Part shown: positions 19,919-28,128 of the stretch, in pieces
How positions within the stretch are numbered: the stretch's first letter is position 1
How the letters are laid out: the number at the start of each line of letters is the position of its first letter
Source: an uncultured Gammaproteobacteria bacterium
GTDB lineage: Bacteria; Patescibacteriota; Patescibacteriia; Magasanikbacterales; GWA2-37-8
Assembly (NCBI GenBank): GCA_964439885.1
Contig: CAYTPE010000001.1
Location: 9,031 to 73,030 of the forward strand
DNA: 64,000 bases
Reading direction: 5' to 3'
Position numbers and translations under genes: made by a program
The notes under the pieces: model-generated
Database searches by the model: none
What the model was told of the DNA's origin: nothing
The model's input: the letters and a program-made list of their open reading frames with translations, nothing else

Positions 19919-20773
19919 ATGGATCTTTCCATCATCACTGTTACCTGGAACTCCGCCAAGCTTATCGACGAGCAGATCCGTTCTGTTGATACAGGCTGCA
20001 AAGCAATTTCTCATGAACAATACGTGGTAGACAACGCCTCTCCCGATGGAACGGCCGATTTGGTGAAACGAATATTTCCAAACGTCACCGTTATCGCCAA
20101 TACCGACAATAAAGGTTTTAGCGCGGCTAATAACCAAGGCGCTCGTTTGGCAACAGGAAAATATATTCTTCTGCTCAACCCCGATATGCGCGTCTCTCCG
20201 GGGAGTTTGGATGTGATGTACCAATGGATGGAAAAGCACCCAGATGTCGGGCTCGCCAGTTGCAAACTCGTGGATGAACACGGTAATCTCAATAGTGAAG
20301 CGCAACCAAGGCGCTTTCCTCGGTTATTCGATCAGCTCGCCATTATTTTGAAGTTGCCACATTTTTTCCCCACAGTTCTCGATCGGTACTTATGGAAAGG
20401 ATTCGACGCGGATAAAGAACAAGAAGTTGATTCCGTGCGCGGATCATTTATGATAATGCGCCGTGAAGTGTATGAAAAACTCGGCTGGGCGTTCGATCCA
20501 CGCTATTTTATTTGGTTCGAAGACGTGGATACCTGTCGCGAAGTGCACCGACTGGGTTACAAGGTGGTGCACACGCCGGTAATCTCATGCGTGGATTATA
20601 TTGGTCAGAGTTTCAAGCAGCGCACCACGCTGTGGAAGCAAAAAGAATTCACCAAAAGCATGCTCACGTATTTTCAAAAATGGGAGCCATGGTATGTGTG
20701 GATGTGGATCGCCCTTTTTCGACCAGTGGGTATTGCCTTGGCTTGGATTAACGACCGATTTAGTAAATCATAA
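19919..20773 (+). CDS. GT2 glycosyltransferase (WbbL-like rhamnosyltransferase)
   Basis: VVDNASPDG, GFSAANNQG, LLNPD, FDPRYFIWFEDVDTC. Confidence 0.9.
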   Translation: MDLSIITVTWNSAKLIDEQIRSVDTGCKAISHEQYVVDNASPDGTADLVKRIFPNVTVIANTDNKGFSAANNQGARLATGKYILLLNPDMRVSPGSLDVMYQWMEKHPDVGLASCKLVDEHGNLNSEAQPRRFPRLFDQLAIILKLPHFFPTVLDRYLWKGFDADKEQEVDSVRGSFMIMRREVYEKLGWAFDPRYFIWFEDVDTCREVHRLGYKVVHTPVISCVDYIGQSFKQRTTLWKQKEFTKSMLTYFQKWEPWYVWMWIALFRPVGIALAWINDRFSKS

Positions 20774-20794
20774 CTTTATTTCCCAATTCGTCGT

Positions 20795-21238
20795 ATGGAA
20801 AGTAAAAAAATAAAATGGTTGAGATACGTCACACTATTTTTTCTAGGATTCTCTCTATTGTCGGCGGCCACTACCAAGTTTGTTAAATGGACGAGCCTCA
20901 GTGATTATTGGATCGCAGAGGGGCAAGAGTTGGTGTGCGCTACACCGGACATAGTTGCAAGGCAAGAGTCTCCCAAGACGCAATATATAGCCGGCTGGAC
21001 ATCGATCAAATGTCCCACCTCATCGTGGTATCTACCGCTGTCGTTGAGTACGTTTATACTGTGTGCGCTATCACTTTTTTTGGCGTACATATACTTGGTA
21101 TTGAGAATATACCAGCGTTTGGTGGCTACTCAAAAGACATGGATACGTGTGATATATGATACGTTTATGATCTGCTTGTTCCCTGTAGTCATGATAATGT
21201 TTTCAATTTTTTCTTTCATCTATTATTTTAGTGGTTGA
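20795..21238 (+). CDS. Hypothetical membrane protein, about 3 TM segments
   Basis: Hydrophobic segments; fills the gap between two GT2 genes. Confidence 0.6.
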   Translation: MESKKIKWLRYVTLFFLGFSLLSAATTKFVKWTSLSDYWIAEGQELVCATPDIVARQESPKTQYIAGWTSIKCPTSSWYLPLSLSTFILCALSLFLAYIYLVLRIYQRLVATQKTWIRVIYDTFMICLFPVVMIMFSIFSFIYYFSG

Positions 21239-21240
21239 TT

Positions 21241-22365
21241 ATGGCGAAGCTCTCTGTCCATCTCGTCTCCTGGAACGGTGCCAAATATATCCCATATCTT
21301 TTTGACTCTTTGCGCAAGCAAACCTACACAGACTGGGAATTATTTGTCGTCGACAACGCGTCGACTGACGAGACAGTTGCTTTGATTCAGAAAGAGCTTG
21401 TCAATTTTCCTTTTGCTTCGCGTGTTACAGTAAACACCACGAATACTGGTTTTGCGGGAGGGCACAACCAAGCGTTCAAAGCTGCGAGCGCTGAGTATTT
21501 TTTGTTACTCAATCAAGACATGTACCTCATGCCCGATTGTTTGGAGAAGATGGTACAGTTTCTCGATGAACATTCTGATGTGGCCGCTGTTTCGCCACGC
21601 CTGATGTGTTGGGCCTTTAGCGAGGATTTAAACGAATTTAAGGTTGATTCAGACAGATTTAGACAGAGTCTTACGCATCAGATTGACGCGCTGGGACTCA
21701 AAATTTTCCGCAATCGGCGAGTGGTGGAGCAGCATACGCGAGAAGAGTGGAGCGCATTTGTCATCCCCGACCATGATCGGGGATCTATCGCAAACGAACC
21801 GCAGAACGTGGATTCCCGTTTGCACGGGAATGACAGTGTCATAGTACTTGAAGTGTTTGGCGTTTCCGGTGCCTTCCCTATGTTGCGCCGTTCCATTATT
21901 AACGAAATTGTCTTTTCCGATGGAACGTTTCTGGATGAATCGTATCATTCGTACAAAGAAGATATGGACCTCGCGTATCGACTGGCTGCTCATGGAACAC
22001 GATCGTACATACTCAGCGATACGGTGGCGTACCACGATCGATCGGGAGCCGGCCCCAAGGAACTTTCCGACTGGGCAGCCGCCAAAAATAAATCCACCCA
22101 ATCGAGTTGGGTGCGCTACCATAGCTACAAAAATCATCTGATGACACTGTACAAAAACGAATACTGGCAGAACGCACTACTTGATGCGCCGTGGATATTG
22201 TGGTATGAAATTAAGAAGTTTGTTTATTTTCTACTGTTTGAACCGCGCGTGCTGAGGGGGTTAGGTGAGGTGTGGAAAATGCGTAAAGATTTGAAGATTA
22301 AAAGATTGAAGATTAAAGAATTAAGAAAGGTTGGTTGGCGGGAAATGAGAAAGTGGTGGCGGTGA
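21241..22365 (+). CDS. GT2 glycosyltransferase carrying an in-frame palindromic insertion
   Basis: VVDNASTD, GFAGGHN, LLNQD, GVSGA, YKEDMDLAYR; insertion at 21759-21835. Confidence 0.9.
   Translation: MAKLSVHLVSWNGAKYIPYLFDSLRKQTYTDWELFVVDNASTDETVALIQKELVNFPFASRVTVNTTNTGFAGGHNQAFKAASAEYFLLLNQDMYLMPDCLEKMVQFLDEHSDVAAVSPRLMCWAFSEDLNEFKVDSDRFRQSLTHQIDALGLKIFRNRRVVEQHTREEWSAFVIPDHDRGSIANEPQNVDSRLHGNDSVIVLEVFGVSGAFPMLRRSIINEIVFSDGTFLDESYHSYKEDMDLAYRLAAHGTRSYILSDTVAYHDRSGAGPKELSDWAAAKNKSTQSSWVRYHSYKNHLMTLYKNEYWQNALLDAPWILWYEIKKFVYFLLFEPRVLRGLGEVWKMRKDLKIKRLKIKELRKVGWREMRKWWR
21759..21835. repeat. Double-hairpin REP/RPE-like element (TGTCAT...ATGACA ends) inside coding sequence
   Basis: Two hairpins; 29 bp GTGGATTCCCGTTTGCACGGGAATGACAG (21808-21836) is identical to intergenic 30594-30622. 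Confidence 0.85.
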
Positions 22366-22519
22366 GGTGGGGAGTGTAGTATTTTGTATCTCATATCTCA
22401 CAACTGATAACTCATAACACGATTGGAAATCTCAAGTGTGCAAGGTATGTTTTGAAAAGATTCAAAAGCATGAGTTTGAGATTACGGGTTACGAGTTGTG
22501 ATGTGCATGTTTTACTCGT

Positions 22520-23365
22520 ATGTTCGATATCAATATCGTTTTCGTCAATTTTAAGTGCAAGGAGGACATTTTTAGTGCTATCGAATCGGTGCGTGAGGAT
22601 GTTTTGGATTCACCGTATCGCGTGCAGATAACCGTTGCTGATAACAGTAGTAATAGCGATGGCATTAAGGAAGATTTAGCACAGGAGTTTCCCACCGTGA
22701 CATACGTTAATTCGGGGGGCAATGTTGGCTTTGGTAAGGGTAACACCGTCGGCTTCAAAGCTAATCCGGCTCGTTATTATTTCGCGCTCAACCCCGATAC
22801 CATTATTCCAAAAAATTCACGCACGATCGAACGCATTATCCGTTTTATGGACGATCACCCTGCTATCGGATGCATAGGGCCGAAGCTCGTGAACCCGGAC
22901 GGCACGCTCCAGTACTCCTGCTATCGCTTCGACCTGCCATCAATACTCATTAAACCACTCAAACAAATCAATTGGGATAAAAAATACGCCTGGGTCAGAC
23001 GATATTCCGATCGATTGATCATGAAAGACTTCGACCACAATTCCACTCTTCCAGTAGACTGGGTGCTTGGAGCCGCGATGGTGGTACGAGCTACCACGGT
23101 TGATCAGGTTGGTTGGTTCGATGAGCGCTATTTTCTGTATATGGAAGACTGTGACTGGTGTCACACTATGTGGGAACATGGCTGGCCAGTCTACTATGTC
23201 CATGATATACTGATTCAGCATCGTCACGCTCGCGACTCTGCGAAGGTGCCCGGTATAATAAACGCCTTGTTCAAAAATAAACTTGCCCGTTTCCATGGCA
23301 AAAGCTGGCTACAGTACGTATGGAAATGGCGACAGAATCACCGCTATTATGCCCACATTGCCTAA
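22520..23365 (+). CDS. GT2 glycosyltransferase (WbbL-like)
   Basis: NVGFGKGN, ALNPD, DWVLGA, FDERYFLYMEDCDWC. Confidence 0.9.
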   Translation: MFDINIVFVNFKCKEDIFSAIESVREDVLDSPYRVQITVADNSSNSDGIKEDLAQEFPTVTYVNSGGNVGFGKGNTVGFKANPARYYFALNPDTIIPKNSRTIERIIRFMDDHPAIGCIGPKLVNPDGTLQYSCYRFDLPSILIKPLKQINWDKKYAWVRRYSDRLIMKDFDHNSTLPVDWVLGAAMVVRATTVDQVGWFDERYFLYMEDCDWCHTMWEHGWPVYYVHDILIQHRHARDSAKVPGIINALFKNKLARFHGKSWLQYVWKWRQNHRYYAHIA

Positions 23366-24446
23366 AGTTGGCATTGTCTATCTCTCGTACAATTCCGAAG
23401 TATATTTGGATGATTTAGTGTCTTCACTGAAAAAAATGTCATATCCCAAGGATCGCGTTGAGCTTATTATTGTCGATAATCCCCATCCCACCTTTGGTCC
23501 GTCAGTTCGTTCAATAGAAGAAATTGTGATGCCGCTCGCGGGTACCGTATTACCGCACGTGACACTTTTGCCGCAGGAAAAAAATTTAGGTTTTTCTGGT
23601 GGCAACAATATCGGCATACAGTCCGCGCTCGATATGGGGTGTGACTATGTATTTTTACACAATAACGATGGTTTTGGCGACGTGAATTGTGTGATGAAGA
23701 TTGTTGAGGCGATGGAAGTGGACAAGACAATCGGCGCCGCGCAATCGCTCGTACTTTTATATCCTGAAACCGATTTAGTTAATAGCTCAGGCAATTCACT
23801 GCAATATCTTGGCGTGGGTTATTGCAATAATTTTCGCATACCGCGCGCTAACCTCACATTAGCGCCGGTCACGGAAACCAATTACGCAAGCGGCGCGGCC
23901 ATTATGATGCGCGCCGATGTGATCAAAAAATGCGGACTCTGGGATGAAGATTATTTCATGTATCATGAAGATGTTGAATACTCGTGGCGTTTGCGTATAG
24001 CCGGTTATCGCATTGTAGTGGTTCGCGATTCGTTATTTTTCCATAAATATAGTTTTGGTCGAAATAAAATTAAATTTTATTGTATCGAACGCAACCGCTT
24101 GGGTTTTTTGCTCAGTTTTTTTCGATGGCCAACACTCATACTTATGTTACCAATGGCAATTGTGTGGGAGCTCGGTGTTTTGGTGTTCGCGGCGCAGGGT
24201 GGATGGCTCAAAGAAAAGCTGGCGACGTATGTGTATTGGCTAAAGATACGTACTTGGAAACTCTGGCTGGGCAAGCGAGCGCGGCTGCAGAAAATGCGAG
24301 TCGTGCCCGACAGACGTTTGCTCGCTGCCACGGTCAACACCGTTCATTTTATGGAAAAAAGCATCAATGTACCGCTCTTGCGCTATGTTGCCAACCCACT
24401 TTTAACAATGTATGGCACTATTCTTAAGGCGATTGTGTTTTGGTAA
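23349..24446 (+). CDS. GT2 glycosyltransferase
   Basis: IIVDN, NLGFSGGNN, LHNND, ASGA, DEDYFMYHEDVE; start at ATG 23349. Confidence 0.9.
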   Translation: MPTLPKVGIVYLSYNSEVYLDDLVSSLKKMSYPKDRVELIIVDNPHPTFGPSVRSIEEIVMPLAGTVLPHVTLLPQEKNLGFSGGNNIGIQSALDMGCDYVFLHNNDGFGDVNCVMKIVEAMEVDKTIGAAQSLVLLYPETDLVNSSGNSLQYLGVGYCNNFRIPRANLTLAPVTETNYASGAAIMMRADVIKKCGLWDEDYFMYHEDVEYSWRLRIAGYRIVVVRDSLFFHKYSFGRNKIKFYCIERNRLGFLLSFFRWPTLILMLPMAIVWELGVLVFAAQGGWLKEKLATYVYWLKIRTWKLWLGKRARLQKMRVVPDRRLLAATVNTVHFMEKSINVPLLRYVANPLLTMYGTILKAIVFW

Positions 24447-24499
24447 TTTTTCACAATGCGAATCAACGAATTTCATGCGAATCTACAAAAGTGCAAATT

Positions 24500-25585
24500 A
24501 TGAAAATCCGTAAAGCTATTCTCACCGGAGGTGGTCGAGCCACACGGCTTCGACCAATTACCACCACCATCAACAAACATCTGATACCGCTGGCCAATAA
24601 GCCGATGATTTTTTACGCGATCGAAAAGGCTATAGAAGCAGGCGTGGAAGAAATATTCATCAATGTGAACTCTGACGAAACGCAGTTGCAACAGTACGTA
24701 GGCGACGGTGGGCATTGGGGTATTAAAATTCAGTTCTTTGTTCAAGAAGGCGGCCCGCTGGGCATCGCCCATGTTGTCAAGTGCGCTCAAAAATTTATCG
24801 GGGACGACCCGTTCATGTTCTATCTCTCCGACAACATCATTTTAGGAAGTTTAAAACCGCTGTTTGAACAATTCGAAAAAAGCGGCGACGATTGTCAGCT
24901 CGCTTTTGCCAAAGTGCCTGATCCTGAGCGGTTTGGCGTGCCGCGGTTCGATGAATCCGGCAAGCTCGTGGAGATGCTCGAAAAACCAAGCAACCCACCG
25001 AACAACTTCGCCCAAACTGGTATTTATCTGTATGGGCCGAAAGTATTTTACCAAGCTTTCGACAACATCAAAAAAAGCGCCCGAGGGGAATACGAGATTT
25101 CGGATATACATACCTATTTTTTGAGAAATGACTATGCTGTGTCGTGGCGCGAGGTTACCGGATGGTGGAAGGATACCGGCTTGCCGATCGATCTGATTCT
25201 GGCCAACCAATCCATACTTGACGAAATGCCTGCCGACAAATTTAGCATTCAAGCAAGTGTCGGCTCAGCCCAGATTGAAGGAAAGGTAACAATTGGAAGT
25301 GGTACCACGATCGGGCAGAATGTAGTGATTAAAGGGCCAGTGATGGTGGCCGAAAATTGCACGCTTGAAAATTGTGTAATCGGGCCACACGTGACTATTG
25401 GCAGCGGCACCACGGTAAGCGGGGGGGCTGTTATCAAGAATTCTATTATTTTTTCTAACGCGACGATTCGATATCCTCGTGGTATTGCTGACAGTATTAT
25501 TGGTGACAGGGCCATACTTGAAACAAAACGTTTTGACGAGTTTGAACGAGTTATTTTGGGCGATCATACTCTTATTGAGGTGTAA
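24500..25585 (+). CDS. rfbA: Glucose-1-phosphate thymidylyltransferase, long form with C-terminal hexapeptide repeats
   Basis: GGRATRLRPIT..NKHLIP, EKP, SARGEYEISD, WWKDTG, left-handed beta-helix tail. Confidence 0.9.
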   Translation: MKIRKAILTGGGRATRLRPITTTINKHLIPLANKPMIFYAIEKAIEAGVEEIFINVNSDETQLQQYVGDGGHWGIKIQFFVQEGGPLGIAHVVKCAQKFIGDDPFMFYLSDNIILGSLKPLFEQFEKSGDDCQLAFAKVPDPERFGVPRFDESGKLVEMLEKPSNPPNNFAQTGIYLYGPKVFYQAFDNIKKSARGEYEISDIHTYFLRNDYAVSWREVTGWWKDTGLPIDLILANQSILDEMPADKFSIQASVGSAQIEGKVTIGSGTTIGQNVVIKGPVMVAENCTLENCVIGPHVTIGSGTTVSGGAVIKNSIIFSNATIRYPRGIADSIIGDRAILETKRFDEFERVILGDHTLIEV

Positions 25586-25603
25586 AGTCAATGAACAATT
25601 AAT

Positions 25604-25639
25604 CACCGCCGCGAGGTGGGATCCCACCTCGCGGCGGTG
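25604..25639. repeat. Perfect 36-bp GC-rich palindrome
   Basis: CACCGCCGCGAGGTGGGA|TCCCACCTCGCGGCGGTG; no U-tract follows. Confidence 0.9.
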
Positions 25640-25673
25640 GCAATAAATAATTAGCAATAAATGCTCCTACTGT

Positions 25674-26597
25674 ATGTTTAGTACATTTGTCGTTATTTTG
25701 GGTCTATGTTTATTTGAAATAATTTCGAGCATCGACAACGCGGTAGTCAACGCCCACGTACTCAAAACCATGCCCGAAAAATACCGCAAAATTTTTATGT
25801 TTTGGGGCATACTTTTTGCCGTATTTATCGTGCGCGGTATACTGCCGTTTATTATCGTTTGGATCGCTAACCCAGGTCTCTCTTTTCATGAATCGCTTTC
25901 GTTTTTGTTTACGAACGATCCGCATATCTTGGCCTATGTGGAACGGTCGAAACCGTTTTTGCTTTTGGGTGGTGGTGTGTATTTATTTTTTGTATTTTTA
26001 TCATGGCTCTTTTTGGAAGAAAAGAAGTACGCCTTTCTTGTGGAGTCGTTTATTCACCGCCAAGGGTTTTGGTTTTACGCGATATCATCGCTGTGTTTAA
26101 CACTGTTCACGTATTACGCTCTGCGTATTAATCCTTTTTTGGCTTTGTCGGCAGCGATTGGTGCTTCGGCGTTTTTTATAACTGATGGATTCAAGAAGAA
26201 CGCTGAAGAAAAAGAAAAAAGTTTAGCCAGCGCGCATATGAGTGCGTGGAGCAAAATCCTGTATCTCGAAATTTTAGACGCCTCATTCTCACTCGATGGT
26301 GTCATTGGTGCTTTCGCGTTCACCGTGTCGGTGCCGCTTATTATTATCGGTAACGGCATTGGCGCGTTTGTGGTGCGCGAACTCACGGTACGCGGTATGA
26401 ATCTCATTTCTAAATTCGCGTATCTTAAAAACGGCGCTATGTATTCCATTGGTATGCTTGGTGCGCTTATGATACTCGAGAGCTATGGCCATGAGATGCC
26501 TTTTTGGATAGCACCACTCAATACCGCGATACTTTTGGTCGTATTTTTATCTTTGTCACGTCGCGAGATTAAACTCGCAGAGCGTAAACGCGCATAA
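25674..26597 (+). CDS. DUF475/TerC-family integral membrane protein
   Basis: EIISSIDNAVVNA, YLEILDASFSLDGVIGAFA, GNGIGAFVVR, YLKNGAMYSI. Confidence 0.9.
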   Translation: MFSTFVVILGLCLFEIISSIDNAVVNAHVLKTMPEKYRKIFMFWGILFAVFIVRGILPFIIVWIANPGLSFHESLSFLFTNDPHILAYVERSKPFLLLGGGVYLFFVFLSWLFLEEKKYAFLVESFIHRQGFWFYAISSLCLTLFTYYALRINPFLALSAAIGASAFFITDGFKKNAEEKEKSLASAHMSAWSKILYLEILDASFSLDGVIGAFAFTVSVPLIIIGNGIGAFVVRELTVRGMNLISKFAYLKNGAMYSIGMLGALMILESYGHEMPFWIAPLNTAILLVVFLSLSRREIKLAERKRA

Positions 26598-27415
26598 TGC
26601 GTATGCTACAAGCGAAACAACCTCGTATTGGATTGGCTCTTGGAAGCGGTGGTTCACGCGGCTTGGCACATGTGGGAGTTATCAAGGTCCTCAGTGACGC
26701 GGGGTATCGCATCAGCGCTATTGCCGGTTCGAGCGCGGGAGCGCTGGCAGGAGCTTTATACGCGCGCGACACCGACATTGAACGCCTTGAAAAAGCCATG
26801 ACCTCTACCACGTGGAAGGATGTGATGAAGGTGCTTTTTGATTTTTCGCTGCGCGGTGGAGTGGTAAAAGGCAGACGATTGGCCGAATTCGTAAAGCACG
26901 AGCTCGGCTCACGATCGTTTTCTGACCTCGTAGTACCATTTGCGGCTGTGGCAACTGAGCTTAAGACTGGCCGTAAGACTATTTTTACCGATGGAAAAGT
27001 AGGTACGGCTGTGATGGCCAGTATGGCCGTCCCGTTTGTGTTTCCACCTGTTACTATTGGACGCACGCTCTATGTGGATGGCGGTGTGGTGGAACCAGTG
27101 CCGGTACAAGCAGTACGCATGCTGGGTTGTGATGTTGTTATTGCCGTTAATCTGGATGGCAAGGAACTTGTTCGCTTTACCGGCTCGACCTCCAAGCCGT
27201 TTGACGTGATGAATCAAACACTCAATATTTTTCGTCATAACGTCGCGCGTTTGAATGTGATGCACGCGGATGTGGTGCTCGAGCCAAATACCGGTGTCAA
27301 AGGTATTATTGGTTGGGAAGGATTTTTGAACGGTCAACGCATCGTGAGAAGTGGTGAACGTGCGATGCGCGCAGCGCTACCCGAACTCAAACGCATACTT
27401 GAAAATTGGCAATAA
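26597..27415 (+). CDS. Patatin-like phospholipase (RssA type)
   Basis: LGSGGSRGLAHVG, GSSAG nucleophile motif, DGG. Confidence 0.93.
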   Translation: MRMLQAKQPRIGLALGSGGSRGLAHVGVIKVLSDAGYRISAIAGSSAGALAGALYARDTDIERLEKAMTSTTWKDVMKVLFDFSLRGGVVKGRRLAEFVKHELGSRSFSDLVVPFAAVATELKTGRKTIFTDGKVGTAVMASMAVPFVFPPVTIGRTLYVDGGVVEPVPVQAVRMLGCDVVIAVNLDGKELVRFTGSTSKPFDVMNQTLNIFRHNVARLNVMHADVVLEPNTGVKGIIGWEGFLNGQRIVRSGERAMRAALPELKRILENWQ

Positions 27416-27444
27416 AAAAACAGCCCACGCAGGCTGTTTTTTTT
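27414..27444. terminator. Bidirectional intrinsic terminator
   Basis: AAAAAAACAGCC-CACGCA-GGCTGTTTTTTTT between convergent genes. Confidence 0.8.
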
Positions 27445-27452
27445 GAACGACT

Positions 27453-28025
27453 TTAGTGTTGTACCGGAACCACAGGAGCGGTAGCTGATTTATTTGCGCT
27501 CAGAGTCGCGTCGCGTGTTGCTTTGGCGGCGGCCACTGCAGCATCATATACCTTTTTGGCAGCAACCTTCGCGTCACTGAACGTTTTTTGAGCGGCTTCT
27601 TTTGCTGATTGATATGCTGTGCGAGCCGCAGTTTTTTGATCAGTGGTAGAAGCTGCTTTCATGCTTGTTTCGAAAGTGGCGCGCGTCGATTTGAGAGCGG
27701 CGAGGTAGGTTTCACGCGCGGTTTTAACGCTGGCCTCGCGAGTTTGTGCGGCTGCTTTTACGGCTTCACGATAGGCTTTGCGAGCAGCTTCATTGGCCTG
27801 GATTTTGGCTTTGGCAGCAGCTATTTTTGCCTGGCGAGCTTCTTCGGCAGCCTTACGATCGGCAGCTAATTTTTCTTTTGCAGCCTTTACCGCTTCGCGG
27901 TCGGTCTGCACGGTGGTTTTGGTGGTGGCAGTTTTCTCGGGAGAGGTGTTGGTTTCTGCAAAAGCAGGAGCCAGCACACTGAGCGCCATTACTGCAGAAA
28001 CGGCCAAGGTAACAAATTTTTTCAT
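27453..28025 (-). CDS. Secreted Ala/Lys-rich alpha-helical (coiled-coil) protein
   Basis: Signal peptide MKKFVTLAVSAVMALSVLAPAFA followed by AKAA/REA helical repeats. Confidence 0.8.
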   Translation of the reverse strand: MKKFVTLAVSAVMALSVLAPAFAETNTSPEKTATTKTTVQTDREAVKAAKEKLAADRKAAEEARQAKIAAAKAKIQANEAARKAYREAVKAAAQTREASVKTARETYLAALKSTRATFETSMKAASTTDQKTAARTAYQSAKEAAQKTFSDAKVAAKKVYDAAVAAAKATRDATLSANKSATAPVVPVQH

Positions 28026-28128
28026 AGTGTAAAAAATTAAGATGTGTATATACTTCGACCTTTGGCGATTGATATAGTAAGTATACCCATGTACTGTCAA
28101 AAAGTTACAGTGGGTTATTGTATTTATT

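Noticed and set aside
6975-24499. Longer N-termini given in the ORF track (6975, 8344, 11333, 17560, 23283, 24440)
   Set aside because: The extensions overlap upstream genes or translate repeat arms; family motifs begin at the downstream ATGs used here
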